DNA of 64,000 nucleotides from an uncultured Acidobacteriota bacterium (GTDB lineage: Bacteria > Acidobacteriota > UBA6911 > RPQK01 > JAPXNP01): positions 539,849 to 603,848 of the forward strand of contig CAVZRV010000010.1 of NCBI GenBank assembly GCA_963777605.1, written 5' to 3'. How positions within the stretch are numbered: the stretch's first letter is position 1; every line of letters begins with the position of its first letter. The position numbers and the translations under genes were made by a program. The notes beneath the pieces are model-generated. The model was not told where the DNA came from. It worked only from the letters and a program-made list of their open reading frames with translations, and ran no database searches. Shown here piece after piece: positions 50,892 to 60,478 of the stretch.

Positions 50892-51983
50892 ATGGCAATC
50901 AGTAACGTCGTGCCCGCCAGATACTGGCATCGTCTTGACGACGGGCGGATTCAATGCGATCTCTGTCCCCGGTTCTGCAGGCTACACGACGGTCAGCGCG
51001 GTCTCTGTTTCGTTCGGAAGTCGGAACGGGGAGAACTCGTCCTGACGACCTATGGACGATCGAGCGGTTTCTGCATCGACCCGATCGAGAAGAAACCATT
51101 GAATCACTTCTACCCCGGAACGTCAGTGCTCTCGTTTGGGACGGCCGGGTGCAACCTCGCCTGCAAGTTCTGTCAGAACTGGGATATCAGTAAATCGCGC
51201 CGGCTGCAGACCCTTTCCGACCGGGCTGCTCCCGACGCCATCGCCCGGGCCGCCGCACACTACGGGTGCCGGAGCGTCGCCTATACCTACAACGACCCGG
51301 TTATCTTTCTGGAGTACGCCGTGGACGTTGCGCAGGCGTGTAGGGAGTTGGGCATCCTGAATGTCGCGGTCACGGCCGGATACATCTGCGAACAGCCGCG
51401 ACGTGAGTTCTTCGCCGCCATGGACGCGGCAAACGTCGATCTCAAGGCCTTTTCCGAAGATTTCTACTGGAAACTGGCTAATGGCCATCTTCAGCCGGTC
51501 CTCGATACACTCCTCTATCTTCGTCACGAGACCGACGTTTGGTTCGAAATCACGACCCTTCTGATCCCGGGCCAGAACGACTCGGAACCGGAAGTCGAAT
51601 CAATGACCCAATGGATCGTCGATCGACTCGGTCCCGATGTCCCTCTCCACTTCTCTGCCTTTCACCCCGACTGGAAGATGCTGGAGTACCGTCAGACTCC
51701 CGCCGCGACACTTCAGAAGGCACGGACTATTGCAATGCGCAACGGGCTTCGCTACGTTTACACCGGTAACGTACACGACGTGGATGGACAGAGTACCTAC
51801 TGCCACGGCTGTGGACGGGTTCTGGTGGAACGGGACTGGTATCAGCTGGGTCAGTGGAACCTGGATCGAAACGCAACCTGTCGTTACTGTGGCACACGGT
51901 GCTCGGGGCGTTTTGAGGCGGTGCCGGGAACCTGGGGCAGTCGCCGCCTGCCGGTCCGGATGAGCGACTTCAGCGCGTCCTGA
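50892..51983 (+). CDS. amrS: AmmeMemoRadiSam system radical SAM enzyme
   Basis: CDLCPRFC, DPIEKKPLNHF, GCNLACKFCQNWDIS, YTYNDP and YVYTGNVHD. Confidence 0.93.
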   Translation: MAISNVVPARYWHRLDDGRIQCDLCPRFCRLHDGQRGLCFVRKSERGELVLTTYGRSSGFCIDPIEKKPLNHFYPGTSVLSFGTAGCNLACKFCQNWDISKSRRLQTLSDRAAPDAIARAAAHYGCRSVAYTYNDPVIFLEYAVDVAQACRELGILNVAVTAGYICEQPRREFFAAMDAANVDLKAFSEDFYWKLANGHLQPVLDTLLYLRHETDVWFEITTLLIPGQNDSEPEVESMTQWIVDRLGPDVPLHFSAFHPDWKMLEYRQTPAATLQKARTIAMRNGLRYVYTGNVHDVDGQSTYCHGCGRVLVERDWYQLGQWNLDRNATCRYCGTRCSGRFEAVPGTWGSRRLPVRMSDFSAS

Positions 51984-52017
51984 ACCGGTTTACTGTGCCT
52001 TCAGATTTGAGGAACCC

Positions 52018-53037
52018 ATGAAAAGCCGTGACCGAATTCTCCAGTTCATCAATGGGAAGCACGTTGACCGGCTGCCTTTCATGCCGATCACCATGATGTT
52101 TGCCGCCGACCAGATCGCAGCCCGCTACGGGGAGTACGCTGCCGACTACCGAGTTCTCGTGAAAGCTCAGATCGCCACCGCCGAGAAGTACTCAATCGAT
52201 TACGTTTCAGCCATTTCCGACCCGGGCCGGGAGGCCGCCGACTGTGGCGCGCGGATCAACTACTTCGACGATCAGCCTCCGGCGATCGACGAAGCCCACG
52301 CACTCCTCAGCAACAAGGATCACCTGGCCGGACTGCAGGTTCCCGATCCCGCGACCGGGCGTCGCATGAGCGATCGCCTTGCCGCAGTCGCAGCACTCAA
52401 ACAGCAAGTCGGGGACGAACTGCTCGTCGAAGGCTGGATCGAAGGACCCTGCGCCGAAGCGGCCGATCTGCGCGGGATCAACAACCTGATGCTCGACTTC
52501 TACGACGATCCTCCCTTCGTTCGTGACCTCTTCGAGTTCGTCGTCGAAATGGAATTGAAGTTCGCCCAGTCTCAGGTTGACGCCGGCGCGGATCTCATCG
52601 GGATCGGGGATGCCGCGTCGTCACTGGTCGGGCCCCGGGTCTATGGCGACTTCATCTGGGACTTTCAGAACCGGCTGGTCCAGGGTGTCCAGCAAATGGG
52701 CATCCCCGTACGCCTCCATATCTGCGGAAACACTCGCCCCATTCTCGGCGGAATGGGACGTCTCGCCTGCGAAATAGTTGATCTCGACTATCCCTCGCCC
52801 ATGATCGAAGGACGAAAGGCGATGGGTCCGGATCAGGTCCTCCTCGGAAACATCAATCCGGTTGAGACGGTTCTGAACGGTTCGCCGGAGGTCGTCCGGT
52901 CCGCGCTGGAGCAGTGCTGGCAGGAAGCCGGACCACGCTATATCGTGGGCGCTGGATGTGAAATTCCCCGCGGTACTCCGTCCGAGAATTTCCTCGCCAT
53001 GACTGAATTCGCCCGGCAGCACAACGCGAACGGGTGA
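52018..53037 (+). CDS. Uroporphyrinogen decarboxylase family protein (MtaA/CmuA methylcobamide methyltransferase-like)
   Basis: EAADCGA, LHICGN, GNINP and GAGCEIP (Zn-binding H-x-C...C). Confidence 0.85.
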   Translation: MKSRDRILQFINGKHVDRLPFMPITMMFAADQIAARYGEYAADYRVLVKAQIATAEKYSIDYVSAISDPGREAADCGARINYFDDQPPAIDEAHALLSNKDHLAGLQVPDPATGRRMSDRLAAVAALKQQVGDELLVEGWIEGPCAEAADLRGINNLMLDFYDDPPFVRDLFEFVVEMELKFAQSQVDAGADLIGIGDAASSLVGPRVYGDFIWDFQNRLVQGVQQMGIPVRLHICGNTRPILGGMGRLACEIVDLDYPSPMIEGRKAMGPDQVLLGNINPVETVLNGSPEVVRSALEQCWQEAGPRYIVGAGCEIPRGTPSENFLAMTEFARQHNANG

Positions 53038-53053
53038 GTTCGAATCCCTCTTT

Positions 53054-53069
53054 GGTGACATGAGTCACG
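53054..53069. promoter_or_regulatory. CRP-like operator
   Basis: GGTGA-catgag-TCACG matches TGTGA-N6-TCACA at 8 of 10 positions and lies upstream of the HDOD gene. Confidence 0.4.
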
Positions 53070-53118
53070 GTAGCCTGGTTGGAGCCTGGGGTTAAATGCG
53101 TTCTGAGGTTTGGAAACA

Positions 53119-53997
53119 ATGGCACAATTTAGCGCACACGCACACGCACACGCATCCCCGCAGCCGAGCAGGACGTCCGTCACGATGCACGTCGATCACT
53201 TTCCACCGCTTCCAGAAGTAGCCTGGAAGGTGCTCGAACTGACTTCGGATCTCTACCTGGGCGTTAATCAGTTGTCGGGGGTAATTTCCCGGGATCAGAC
53301 GCTGACCGCGAGGATTCTGAGAATCTCCAATTCGGCCTACTTTCAGCGTTGCCGAGAGGTGAAGACGGTGGAGCAGGCGATGACGGTTCTCGGAAACGGC
53401 CGCATCCGCGGTATCGTGGTCGCCGCCTCCCTGGGCGGGATCCTCTATCGGACGCCGATGGGACGTTCGCTATGGCAGCATGCTCTGGGCGTCGGAATGG
53501 CGGCGAGGGACCTGATTGAACGAATGCCCGGGATGGATCCCGAGGAAGCCTTCGTAGCCGGCCTGCTTCATGACATCGGAAAAGGACTCTTCGATTGCCA
53601 GCATCCCGAGCTTTTTGTCCAGGCGGTCTCCCTGTCCTGCGCCGATCCGGAACTCTCTACCTGTGAGGCGGAAGCGCTGGTCCTGGGCCTGGATCACGTT
53701 GAGGCAGGAGAGCAAGTGGCTCAGTCCTGGAACCTCCCCGAGTCGATCACGGCAGCAATCCTCCATCACCACGATCCGGATAACGGAGGGGATCACGTCC
53801 AACTCTGTGCCGCGGTGAGTCTGGCCGATCTCTGCTGCCTGCAGGTCGGAATCGGCCCGGTCTCGAAGCCGGAGGTGGATCCCCTTGATTCCGTGGCGGC
53901 GCGCCTGCTCGGTATAGACTCCGGGGAGTTCGAACAACTCCAGCAGCATTTCCTGGAGAAAATGGATCGCGATCGGGCGCTTTTCGGATTCCAATAG
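53119..53997 (+). CDS. HDOD domain protein
   Basis: PPLPEV, DQTLTARILRISNSAYF, AGLLHDIGK and WNLP..I..AI.HHH. Start may be 53185. Confidence 0.9.
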   Translation: MAQFSAHAHAHASPQPSRTSVTMHVDHFPPLPEVAWKVLELTSDLYLGVNQLSGVISRDQTLTARILRISNSAYFQRCREVKTVEQAMTVLGNGRIRGIVVAASLGGILYRTPMGRSLWQHALGVGMAARDLIERMPGMDPEEAFVAGLLHDIGKGLFDCQHPELFVQAVSLSCADPELSTCEAEALVLGLDHVEAGEQVAQSWNLPESITAAILHHHDPDNGGDHVQLCAAVSLADLCCLQVGIGPVSKPEVDPLDSVAARLLGIDSGEFEQLQQHFLEKMDRDRALFGFQ

Positions 53998-54042
53998 AGC
54001 CATTGAAAAATCTCTCTCCCCGGGGGAAACTGGCAAGCGATC

Positions 54043-56445
54043 ATGGAAAAAGCCAGTTGCCGTCATCGTCGTCTCGAGCCGTCGGAATTACGCGCCGTTT
54101 GTGATCCCGCCGAACTGAAATTCTCCACCACCGCCGATCTCGCTCCGCTTGATGGAATCATTGGGCAGGAACGCGCTTTGAGGTCGGTTCAGTTCGGGCT
54201 GGCCATGCGGAGCTTCGGCTACAACCTGTACGTGGCGGGGAGCCCCGGGACTGGCAAGAAGACGTTGACCCGGCTTCTGGTCGAGGAGATTGCCCGAAAA
54301 GAGCCCACCCCAAACGATATTTTCTACATTTACAATTTCGAACGGCCGGAACGGCCGAAGGCGATTGAGGTGCCTCCAGGGGTAGCCTCTCGGTTCCGCG
54401 CCGACATGGCCCGACTGGTTTCCAATCTCCAGGATGAGATCCCCAAGGTGTTCAAAAGCGAAGACTTCGAGACCCGGAAGAACGAAATCGTCCAGTCCTT
54501 CCAGGAGCACAGGGGAAAGCTGATCGAACACCTCCAGGAGCAGGCCCGGGCCCATAATCTCACCGTGAAGTCGGCTGGTGCCCAGATTCTCAGCCTCCCC
54601 GTCCGCGATGGACGGGAACTGACGCCTGAGGAGTACGAACAGCTGTCGGATGCCGAGAAGGAAGAAATCCAGAAGAACCAGAGGGACCTCGGCGAAGAGA
54701 TTCAGGAGGTCTACAAGCAGATCCGACAGCTGCAGATTGAGATCCAGGAACGGTTGGGCGAACTGGAGCGAACCGTTGCCTTGATCGCCTCGGGTTACTA
54801 CCTGGACGAACTGCGCTCCCGGTACTCCGAGTATGGAAAGATTTGCACCTACCTGGACGCCGTCCAGCGGGACATCGTGGACAAGATTTCAGACTTCCTG
54901 CCGACCGAAGAGGAATCAGACGACTCCGATCCGTCGGGAGACAAGCCAGCCGACCCATTCAAGCGCTACCACGTCAACGTGATCGTCGACAACTCCAAGC
55001 AGGAGGGGGCTCCCGTGATCGAGGAGACCCACGCGATCTTCCGAAATCTGATCGGGTATTCGGAGAAAGAAGTGCGGATGGGGACGCTCTACACCGACTT
55101 TACTATGCTCAGGGCCGGGTCGATCCTGCAGGCGAATCACGGATACCTCATTCTCGACATGGTGGACCTGCTCGCCACCCCGCTGGCCTGGGATTCGCTC
55201 AAACGGGTCCTGCAGGACGGGGAGGTGATCATCCAGGAGCCGGCGGAGCAGCACGGCCTGGTGGCGTCCCTGGGGCTACGTCCCGAACCGGTCCCCGTCG
55301 ATCTAAAGGTGATCGTTCTGGGGAGTTCGGACATTTACAACGCGCTTTACCGGGTTGACGAAAGCTTTCAGAAACTGTTCAAGATCCGTGCCGAGTTCGA
55401 CACTGTGATGCGAAAGGACGATGGCCACCTCGACAAGTACGCCCGCTTTGTCCGGACCCTTTGCGAGAAGGAAGACCTGAGGCACTTTGATCGGGACGCG
55501 GTCGCGGTTCTCGTCGAGTACGGTTCGCGGATGGTATCCGATAAGACCCGGTTGACCCTGCGCTTCAGCGATGTGGCTGACCTGATCCGGGAGTCGGCCC
55601 ATTGGGCTGGTGTGGCCAAGAAGGACTATGTTGGAGCCGAAGAGGTCCGAAAAGCCATCGCCGAAAGGATCTTTCGGTCAAATCTCTACGAAGAGCGGAT
55701 CCAGGAGATGATCGACGAAGGTTCGATTCTGATTCAGTGCGCCGGGGAGGTGGTCGGTCAGATCAACGGGCTCTCGGTTTACCAGGTAGGGGACTACTCA
55801 TTCGGAAAGCCGACCCGGATCACGGCCGAGGTAGGAGTCGGCACCGAAGGGATCATCAACATTGAGCGGGAGGCCCACATGAGTGGGAGCATCCACGACA
55901 AGGGCGTCCTCATCCTGAGCGGGTACCTCAATGGAAAGTACGGGTCCACCCATCCCCTGAGCCTCAACGCGAGCATCTGCTTCGAACAGTCCTATTCCGG
56001 CGTTGACGGAGACAGTGCCAGTTCCACCGAGTTGTACGCGATTCTGTCCGCTCTCGCGGAGGTTCCCCTGAAGCAGAACCTGGCCGTCACCGGGTCGATC
56101 AATCAGAAAGGGGTAATCCAGCCAATTGGTGGGGTCAACGAGAAGATTGAGGGATTCTTTGCTTCCTGCAGGGCGTCCGGCCTGACCGGGGACCAGGGCG
56201 TTGTCATTCCGCATCAGAACGTGCAGAGCCTGATGCTGTCCCAGGAAGTGATCGACGCCGTCGGTGGGGGCAAATTCCACATATTCGCTATCGAGGATCT
56301 GGACGCGGGGATTGAGCTCCTGACCGGAATGACCGCTGGCGAGCGCCAACCGGACGGAACCTACTCCGAGGGCAGCATTCACGCCCTGGTCCAACGCCGA
56401 CTCGAGGGAATGGCCGAAATAGTCCGCCACCACCGGGGAGCGTAA
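54043..56445 (+). CDS. Lon-like ATP-dependent protease (AAA_32 plus Lon_C)
   Basis: IGQERA, GSPGTGK, ANHGYL, FEQSYSGVDGDSAS (Ser) and GGVNEKIEGF (Lys). Confidence 0.92.
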   Translation: MEKASCRHRRLEPSELRAVCDPAELKFSTTADLAPLDGIIGQERALRSVQFGLAMRSFGYNLYVAGSPGTGKKTLTRLLVEEIARKEPTPNDIFYIYNFERPERPKAIEVPPGVASRFRADMARLVSNLQDEIPKVFKSEDFETRKNEIVQSFQEHRGKLIEHLQEQARAHNLTVKSAGAQILSLPVRDGRELTPEEYEQLSDAEKEEIQKNQRDLGEEIQEVYKQIRQLQIEIQERLGELERTVALIASGYYLDELRSRYSEYGKICTYLDAVQRDIVDKISDFLPTEEESDDSDPSGDKPADPFKRYHVNVIVDNSKQEGAPVIEETHAIFRNLIGYSEKEVRMGTLYTDFTMLRAGSILQANHGYLILDMVDLLATPLAWDSLKRVLQDGEVIIQEPAEQHGLVASLGLRPEPVPVDLKVIVLGSSDIYNALYRVDESFQKLFKIRAEFDTVMRKDDGHLDKYARFVRTLCEKEDLRHFDRDAVAVLVEYGSRMVSDKTRLTLRFSDVADLIRESAHWAGVAKKDYVGAEEVRKAIAERIFRSNLYEERIQEMIDEGSILIQCAGEVVGQINGLSVYQVGDYSFGKPTRITAEVGVGTEGIINIEREAHMSGSIHDKGVLILSGYLNGKYGSTHPLSLNASICFEQSYSGVDGDSASSTELYAILSALAEVPLKQNLAVTGSINQKGVIQPIGGVNEKIEGFFASCRASGLTGDQGVVIPHQNVQSLMLSQEVIDAVGGGKFHIFAIEDLDAGIELLTGMTAGERQPDGTYSEGSIHALVQRRLEGMAEIVRHHRGA

Positions 56446-56544
56446 TTCCGCAACCGGAGACAGAATTCAGGAGACAGGAGCCGTGCCTCCGAGTGTCTGG
56501 GGAAGGTCGCTGATCCAGGAGAATGACTTGTCCAGGTGAGCGGG

Positions 56545-56868
56545 GCCCCTCCGCGCTGCGGAGATCATCCGCAAAGTGAAACCGGTGGAGCATCGCCAGA
56601 TGAGCGCGCCAACGGCGCAGGGTCATTTTCAGCCCGGCGGCAACGCCCCGGAAATGGGAGCCGAGACGGCAATGCAGCACTGAAAGTGCGATTCAGTCCC
56701 GGTGGCGGACTGTTTCAGAACAAACCGGAAATCAAGAATCCTGGATGGAGAATGTTCACTTCCGCCGGGCATGCTGCCCGGCCGCCATACCAGGGCACGG
56801 CTGCCTGGATTACTCTCCCTCCAGGAACGAGAAACCAGGAACCAGGAACTCATCCCAAATGAAGTTTC
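56545..56868 (-). repeat. ~325-bp hairpin-rich dispersed element, copy 2 (inverted)
   Basis: Reverse complement of 31138-31462. Confidence 0.92.
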
Positions 56869-56952
56869 TAGTTCAGCCCCGCCCCGGGGATCTTTGCAGC
56901 TTCGCGCTGGAAAACGCGCCCGTCGTTGAAGGTCCAGGCCACCCCGTCAGGG

Positions 56953-57120
56953 TCAGTGAACTTGGTCCGGGGGCTCACCGTCGTCCGAGTTTTGAAGCTG
57001 CCGCGTGAAATGCTTGTAGAGGACCCAGGCGACAAAGAAGGAGACCCCAAAAATCACCGCCGGGATGATGTACCCGAGGACAGGACTCCCGATTCTCGGT
57101 AGTTGCTGCAGCAGTGTCAT
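56953..57120 (-). CDS. Small single-TM membrane protein (55 aa)
   Basis: Strong RBS GGAGGAG; MTLLQQLPRIGSPVLGYIIPAVIFGVSFFVAWVLYKHF. Confidence 0.65.
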   Translation of the reverse strand: MTLLQQLPRIGSPVLGYIIPAVIFGVSFFVAWVLYKHFTRQLQNSDDGEPPDQVH

Positions 57121-57254
57121 CGGATTACTTCTCCTCCCTTCCTGACCGCTTTTTCCTCTTGTTGTAGTAAACCCAGGCACAAATTAGACCGGCCAGGGAG
57201 AACAGGTACGAGACACTCATTCCAATTACAACGGCCAAACCCTGATCCATCGCG

Positions 57255-57545
57255 TCAGTCCTCCCAGCGTTGAATCTGTTCCAGTTCACGAAGGTAGCGG
57301 CGCTGCTTCCGTTCGTACTCTGCCGAAAGCGTCTTCAGCTTGGGGTCGATCACCCAGAAGATGACCGCCGTGATCACGATCCCGACTCCGAGCAGGATGA
57401 ACCCGATCGGAAGCAGAAACAGGCTCATCGCCAGCCCCATCATGATCAAGATGTAGCTGAAGGGTGACAGTACGATCGCAATCCAGTCCTCCTTGGTCCA
57501 CTCATCAGCCTCATGAGGAGTCCAATCCCGTCGAATCCAGCTCAT
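57255..57545 (-). CDS. Small 2-TM membrane protein (MSWIRRDWTPHEADEWTKED...), in frame with the upstream SSS permease in this assembly
   Basis: Has its own RBS GAGGTGGA and a TGA-A-ATG junction at 57549-57543. Confidence 0.6.
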   Translation of the reverse strand: MSWIRRDWTPHEADEWTKEDWIAIVLSPFSYILIMMGLAMSLFLLPIGFILLGVGIVITAVIFWVIDPKLKTLSAEYERKQRRYLRELEQIQRWED

Positions 57546-59174
57546 TTCAGTCCACCTCTCTCGCCTCGCCTCGGCCTCGGCCATCAAGTCGATCTCCTCA
57601 ACCGCCTGCAGCAAGCCGCGGCGCTCCGCTTCCCGCTTGACCGGGCCCCAGAACCCGATCGGCCGGGTCTGCACGTAGATCTTGACCAGCTTGTCCATGT
57701 CGTCGGGCTTGGTCAGCAGGGTGATCGGAAAATAGATCAATCCGACCAGAAACATCAGCAACCAGAACTGGATGTAGTCGGGCAGGTCGGGAAGAATTCC
57801 GTAGGCCGGAAGAATCCAGACGACCAGCCAACACACCCCCAGATTGGCCACCCAGGCCGACAGGTAGCCCCAGGAATTGAATCGCCACCAGATGACCTGG
57901 AGAATGTTGGGAAGCCACGTCCCCGCCACCATCAGCCAGAGCGCGAAAAGCAGCCACTTGGTGACGTCTTCGCCAATCATGAGTCCAAAGAAGAAGGAGC
58001 CCAACAGAACGACGACGGTCATCAGTCGTCCGAACAAGACCACCTGTTTCTCGGTTGCCTGGGGATTCAGGTAGTGGTGGTAGATGTCGCGAGTCGCATA
58101 CATGGATCCCAGGTTGAGGACCCCGGCGATCGTCGAGATGTGAATCGCCAGGATAGCCGCAAAGAAAAACCCCACCATGCCGACGGGAAAGGTCTCAAAC
58201 CCGATTCGAAACCACGCCAACTGGTAGTCGGACTGGCTCTCCATGTTCGGGAAGATGACTACAAACGATAAGACCGCCAGTGCCCAGATCGAGTTGCGGA
58301 CAATGACCGCGGCTGTCCCCCACCAGATACTGTAGGCGGCATCCCGGACGCTGCGTGCCGACTGAATTCGCTGCGCTTCGACGAACCAGTCGAAGTGAGT
58401 AGCCATCCCGAAGCCCCCGATGAAGGGGACGGCAACCATCGTGAGCAGCCAGAGCACCGGGAACTCCCCTGAAGCCCAACCGGTGAAGTGAAATGGGTTG
58501 AGCATCCAGGACTTGCCCATCGCATCGAGACGCGCCACGATTTCGGTCGGGCCTCCCGCCGCTATCGCTCCCCAGACCGAGACCAGGATGATCACCAGGA
58601 ACATCGTGATCCCCTGCTGGACATCGGCGATGATGACGCCCCAGTAGCCGGCCGCGATCACGTAGAGGCAACAGAGGCTGGAAAACAGGACCAGTCCCCA
58701 CCAGATCGGCCAGCCGAATGCGTACCGGCACACGTTACCCATCGCGATGCCGACCCATCCGGCGATAAACATGCACATGGCGAACTGCCAGCCAGCCAGC
58801 CAGCCTCTCAGCAGTTCCGCCCCGAGGCCACTGAAGCGGAGCGTCTGCCACTCGGCCTGGGTTCCAGCGAGCGATCTTCTGAAGATCTTGGTCGAGACCC
58901 AGGCGCTGACCGCGCACCACCCGGCGAAGAGCGAGTACCACAACCCTCTCAACCCGCCGGCGTAAACCCATCCCGAGAACCACATCGGGGTGTCGGTGGC
59001 AGTATGGGTCGCAAAATTGGAGATCGCGGGGAGCCACCAGGGGAGACCGCGACCGGCAAGGAAGAAGTCCGACTCGGACCGCTTCCCGAGCCGGTAGAAC
59101 ACGGCTCCGCAACCGATCATTAGAATGAGATAGGAGAAGGTCCAGAAGTAGTCCAGCCAGCCGAATTGAACCAT
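57255..59174 (-). CDS. Sodium:solute symporter (SSS) family permease; native stop probably near 57547
   Basis: FFLAGRGLPWW, ATDTP, QRIQSARS, HISTI and WWRFNSWG; 13 or more TM helices. Confidence 0.88.
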   Translation of the reverse strand: MVQFGWLDYFWTFSYLILMIGCGAVFYRLGKRSESDFFLAGRGLPWWLPAISNFATHTATDTPMWFSGWVYAGGLRGLWYSLFAGWCAVSAWVSTKIFRRSLAGTQAEWQTLRFSGLGAELLRGWLAGWQFAMCMFIAGWVGIAMGNVCRYAFGWPIWWGLVLFSSLCCLYVIAAGYWGVIIADVQQGITMFLVIILVSVWGAIAAGGPTEIVARLDAMGKSWMLNPFHFTGWASGEFPVLWLLTMVAVPFIGGFGMATHFDWFVEAQRIQSARSVRDAAYSIWWGTAAVIVRNSIWALAVLSFVVIFPNMESQSDYQLAWFRIGFETFPVGMVGFFFAAILAIHISTIAGVLNLGSMYATRDIYHHYLNPQATEKQVVLFGRLMTVVVLLGSFFFGLMIGEDVTKWLLFALWLMVAGTWLPNILQVIWWRFNSWGYLSAWVANLGVCWLVVWILPAYGILPDLPDYIQFWLLMFLVGLIYFPITLLTKPDDMDKLVKIYVQTRPIGFWGPVKREAERRGLLQAVEEIDLMAEAEARRERWTEMSWIRRDWTPHEADEWTKEDWIAIVLSPFSYILIMMGLAMSLFLLPIGFILLGVGIVITAVIFWVIDPKLKTLSAEYERKQRRYLRELEQIQRWED

Positions 59175-59302
59175 CGACCCTCCTTACCACACGGCCGGCA
59201 ATGGGATGGATCGCGCCCGCCGTGTTTCTTATCATGGCCAAACACCTGTAAAACGTCTACGCCGTAAGTCGAATTTCTTTGTGATTGTTTCACTGTGGCA
59301 CT

Positions 59303-59411
59303 GTGGCACGGCCGTCCCGGCCGTGCCCACCGAAACGCCAAGGATAAATCAAAAGCCTCTTATCCCCGGTCAGGATCTTCCCTTGGTCACAGGCGCGGAC
59401 GCCTGTTCCAC
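59303..59411. repeat. REP-like inverted doublet
   Basis: GTGGCACGGCCGTCCCGGCCGTG (59303-59325) and inverted CACAGGCGCGGACGCCTGTTCCAC (59388-59411), each a GTGG-footed hairpin. Confidence 0.65.
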
Positions 59412-59474
59412 TCTCTTCCACCTCTTGATCCCATGGCAGGTAGTTGCTACGTTCGTCGGGACTGGAAATCGACA

Positions 59475-60389
59475 ATGAGCATTCTTTGTTTCGAGAGTGG
59501 TGGAACCAAACTGGTGGCGGCCGCAGCAGACAGGCGGGGGCAAATTCTCGAACGGATCATCGAGCCTCGCAAGCCGGAGCAGCAGGCCATGGACACGCTC
59601 GGGGTGCTGGCGGCTTTGGGACGCAGGCTTTCCCGGCACAAGTCATTCGAAGCCATCGGATTCGGCTTCGGGGGAACAGTCCGGCGCAGCGACGGGCGCC
59701 CTCTCCACTGTTATCACGAGGAAGGGTGGGGAGAAATCGACGCAGTCGCGATCCTCGAGAAGGAACTCGGACTTCCCGTGTTCATTGAAAACGACTGCAA
59801 CCTCGCAGCCCTGGCGGAGGCCTGGGCGGTCGATGACGGTCCCCCCGGCTGCCTGCTCTACGTCACCCTGGGGACTGGCGTCGGGGGAGGAGTCGTTCGG
59901 TCGGGCCGACTCCTCCAACTCGGCGACGCCGGAGAAGCCGAAATTGGGCACCTGGTCGTGGAACCCAATGGTGTTCCCTGCCCCTGCGGCAATCGGGGGT
60001 GCCTGGAAATGTACTGTTCCGGCCCCGGCCTGGAACAGCTGTCTGAATCGCTGTTGGGAACCAGACTCAGCGCTCCTCAAATCATGGAGGGGTTCCGGCG
60101 ATCGGAGGAGCCGGCGGTACGCGTCGCTGAGCGGTCGGCAGAATTGTTGGCGGCAGGGCTTGCGGCCTGCGTCAACCTGTTCGCCGCTGAAAGAGTGGTC
60201 CTGGGCGGTGGAGTGATGAGCGGCAATCAGCCCTACCTGGAACTCGTCCGGAGCAGAACGATGCCTCTCGTATTCCCCCCGTTCCGGACGAACCTGCGGG
60301 AAATCGGACTCACACGGTGCGGAGCCGACGTCGTCTGCAGAGGAGCGGCTCTTTTCGCGATCCAGAACCTGGACTCGGATGCCGGGTAG
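59475..60389 (+). CDS. ROK family sugar kinase
   Basis: ESGGTK, ENDCNLAAL, TLGTGVGGG, EIGH and CPCGNRGCLE. Confidence 0.92.
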   Translation: MSILCFESGGTKLVAAAADRRGQILERIIEPRKPEQQAMDTLGVLAALGRRLSRHKSFEAIGFGFGGTVRRSDGRPLHCYHEEGWGEIDAVAILEKELGLPVFIENDCNLAALAEAWAVDDGPPGCLLYVTLGTGVGGGVVRSGRLLQLGDAGEAEIGHLVVEPNGVPCPCGNRGCLEMYCSGPGLEQLSESLLGTRLSAPQIMEGFRRSEEPAVRVAERSAELLAAGLAACVNLFAAERVVLGGGVMSGNQPYLELVRSRTMPLVFPPFRTNLREIGLTRCGADVVCRGAALFAIQNLDSDAG

Positions 60390-60478
60390 GACGGGGGAGA
60401 GCGGTTCTCGGCCCCTCCGGTGCCCCGGGATCTGTCGCTGGGGGAGGAGACGGCAAATCCCGGGGGTCGCGGAAAGGG

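Noticed and set aside
59280-59294. CRP-like site TGTGA-ttgtt-TCACT
   Set aside because: The spacer is 5 nt rather than 6; it could be another regulator's operator, but that is unsupported.
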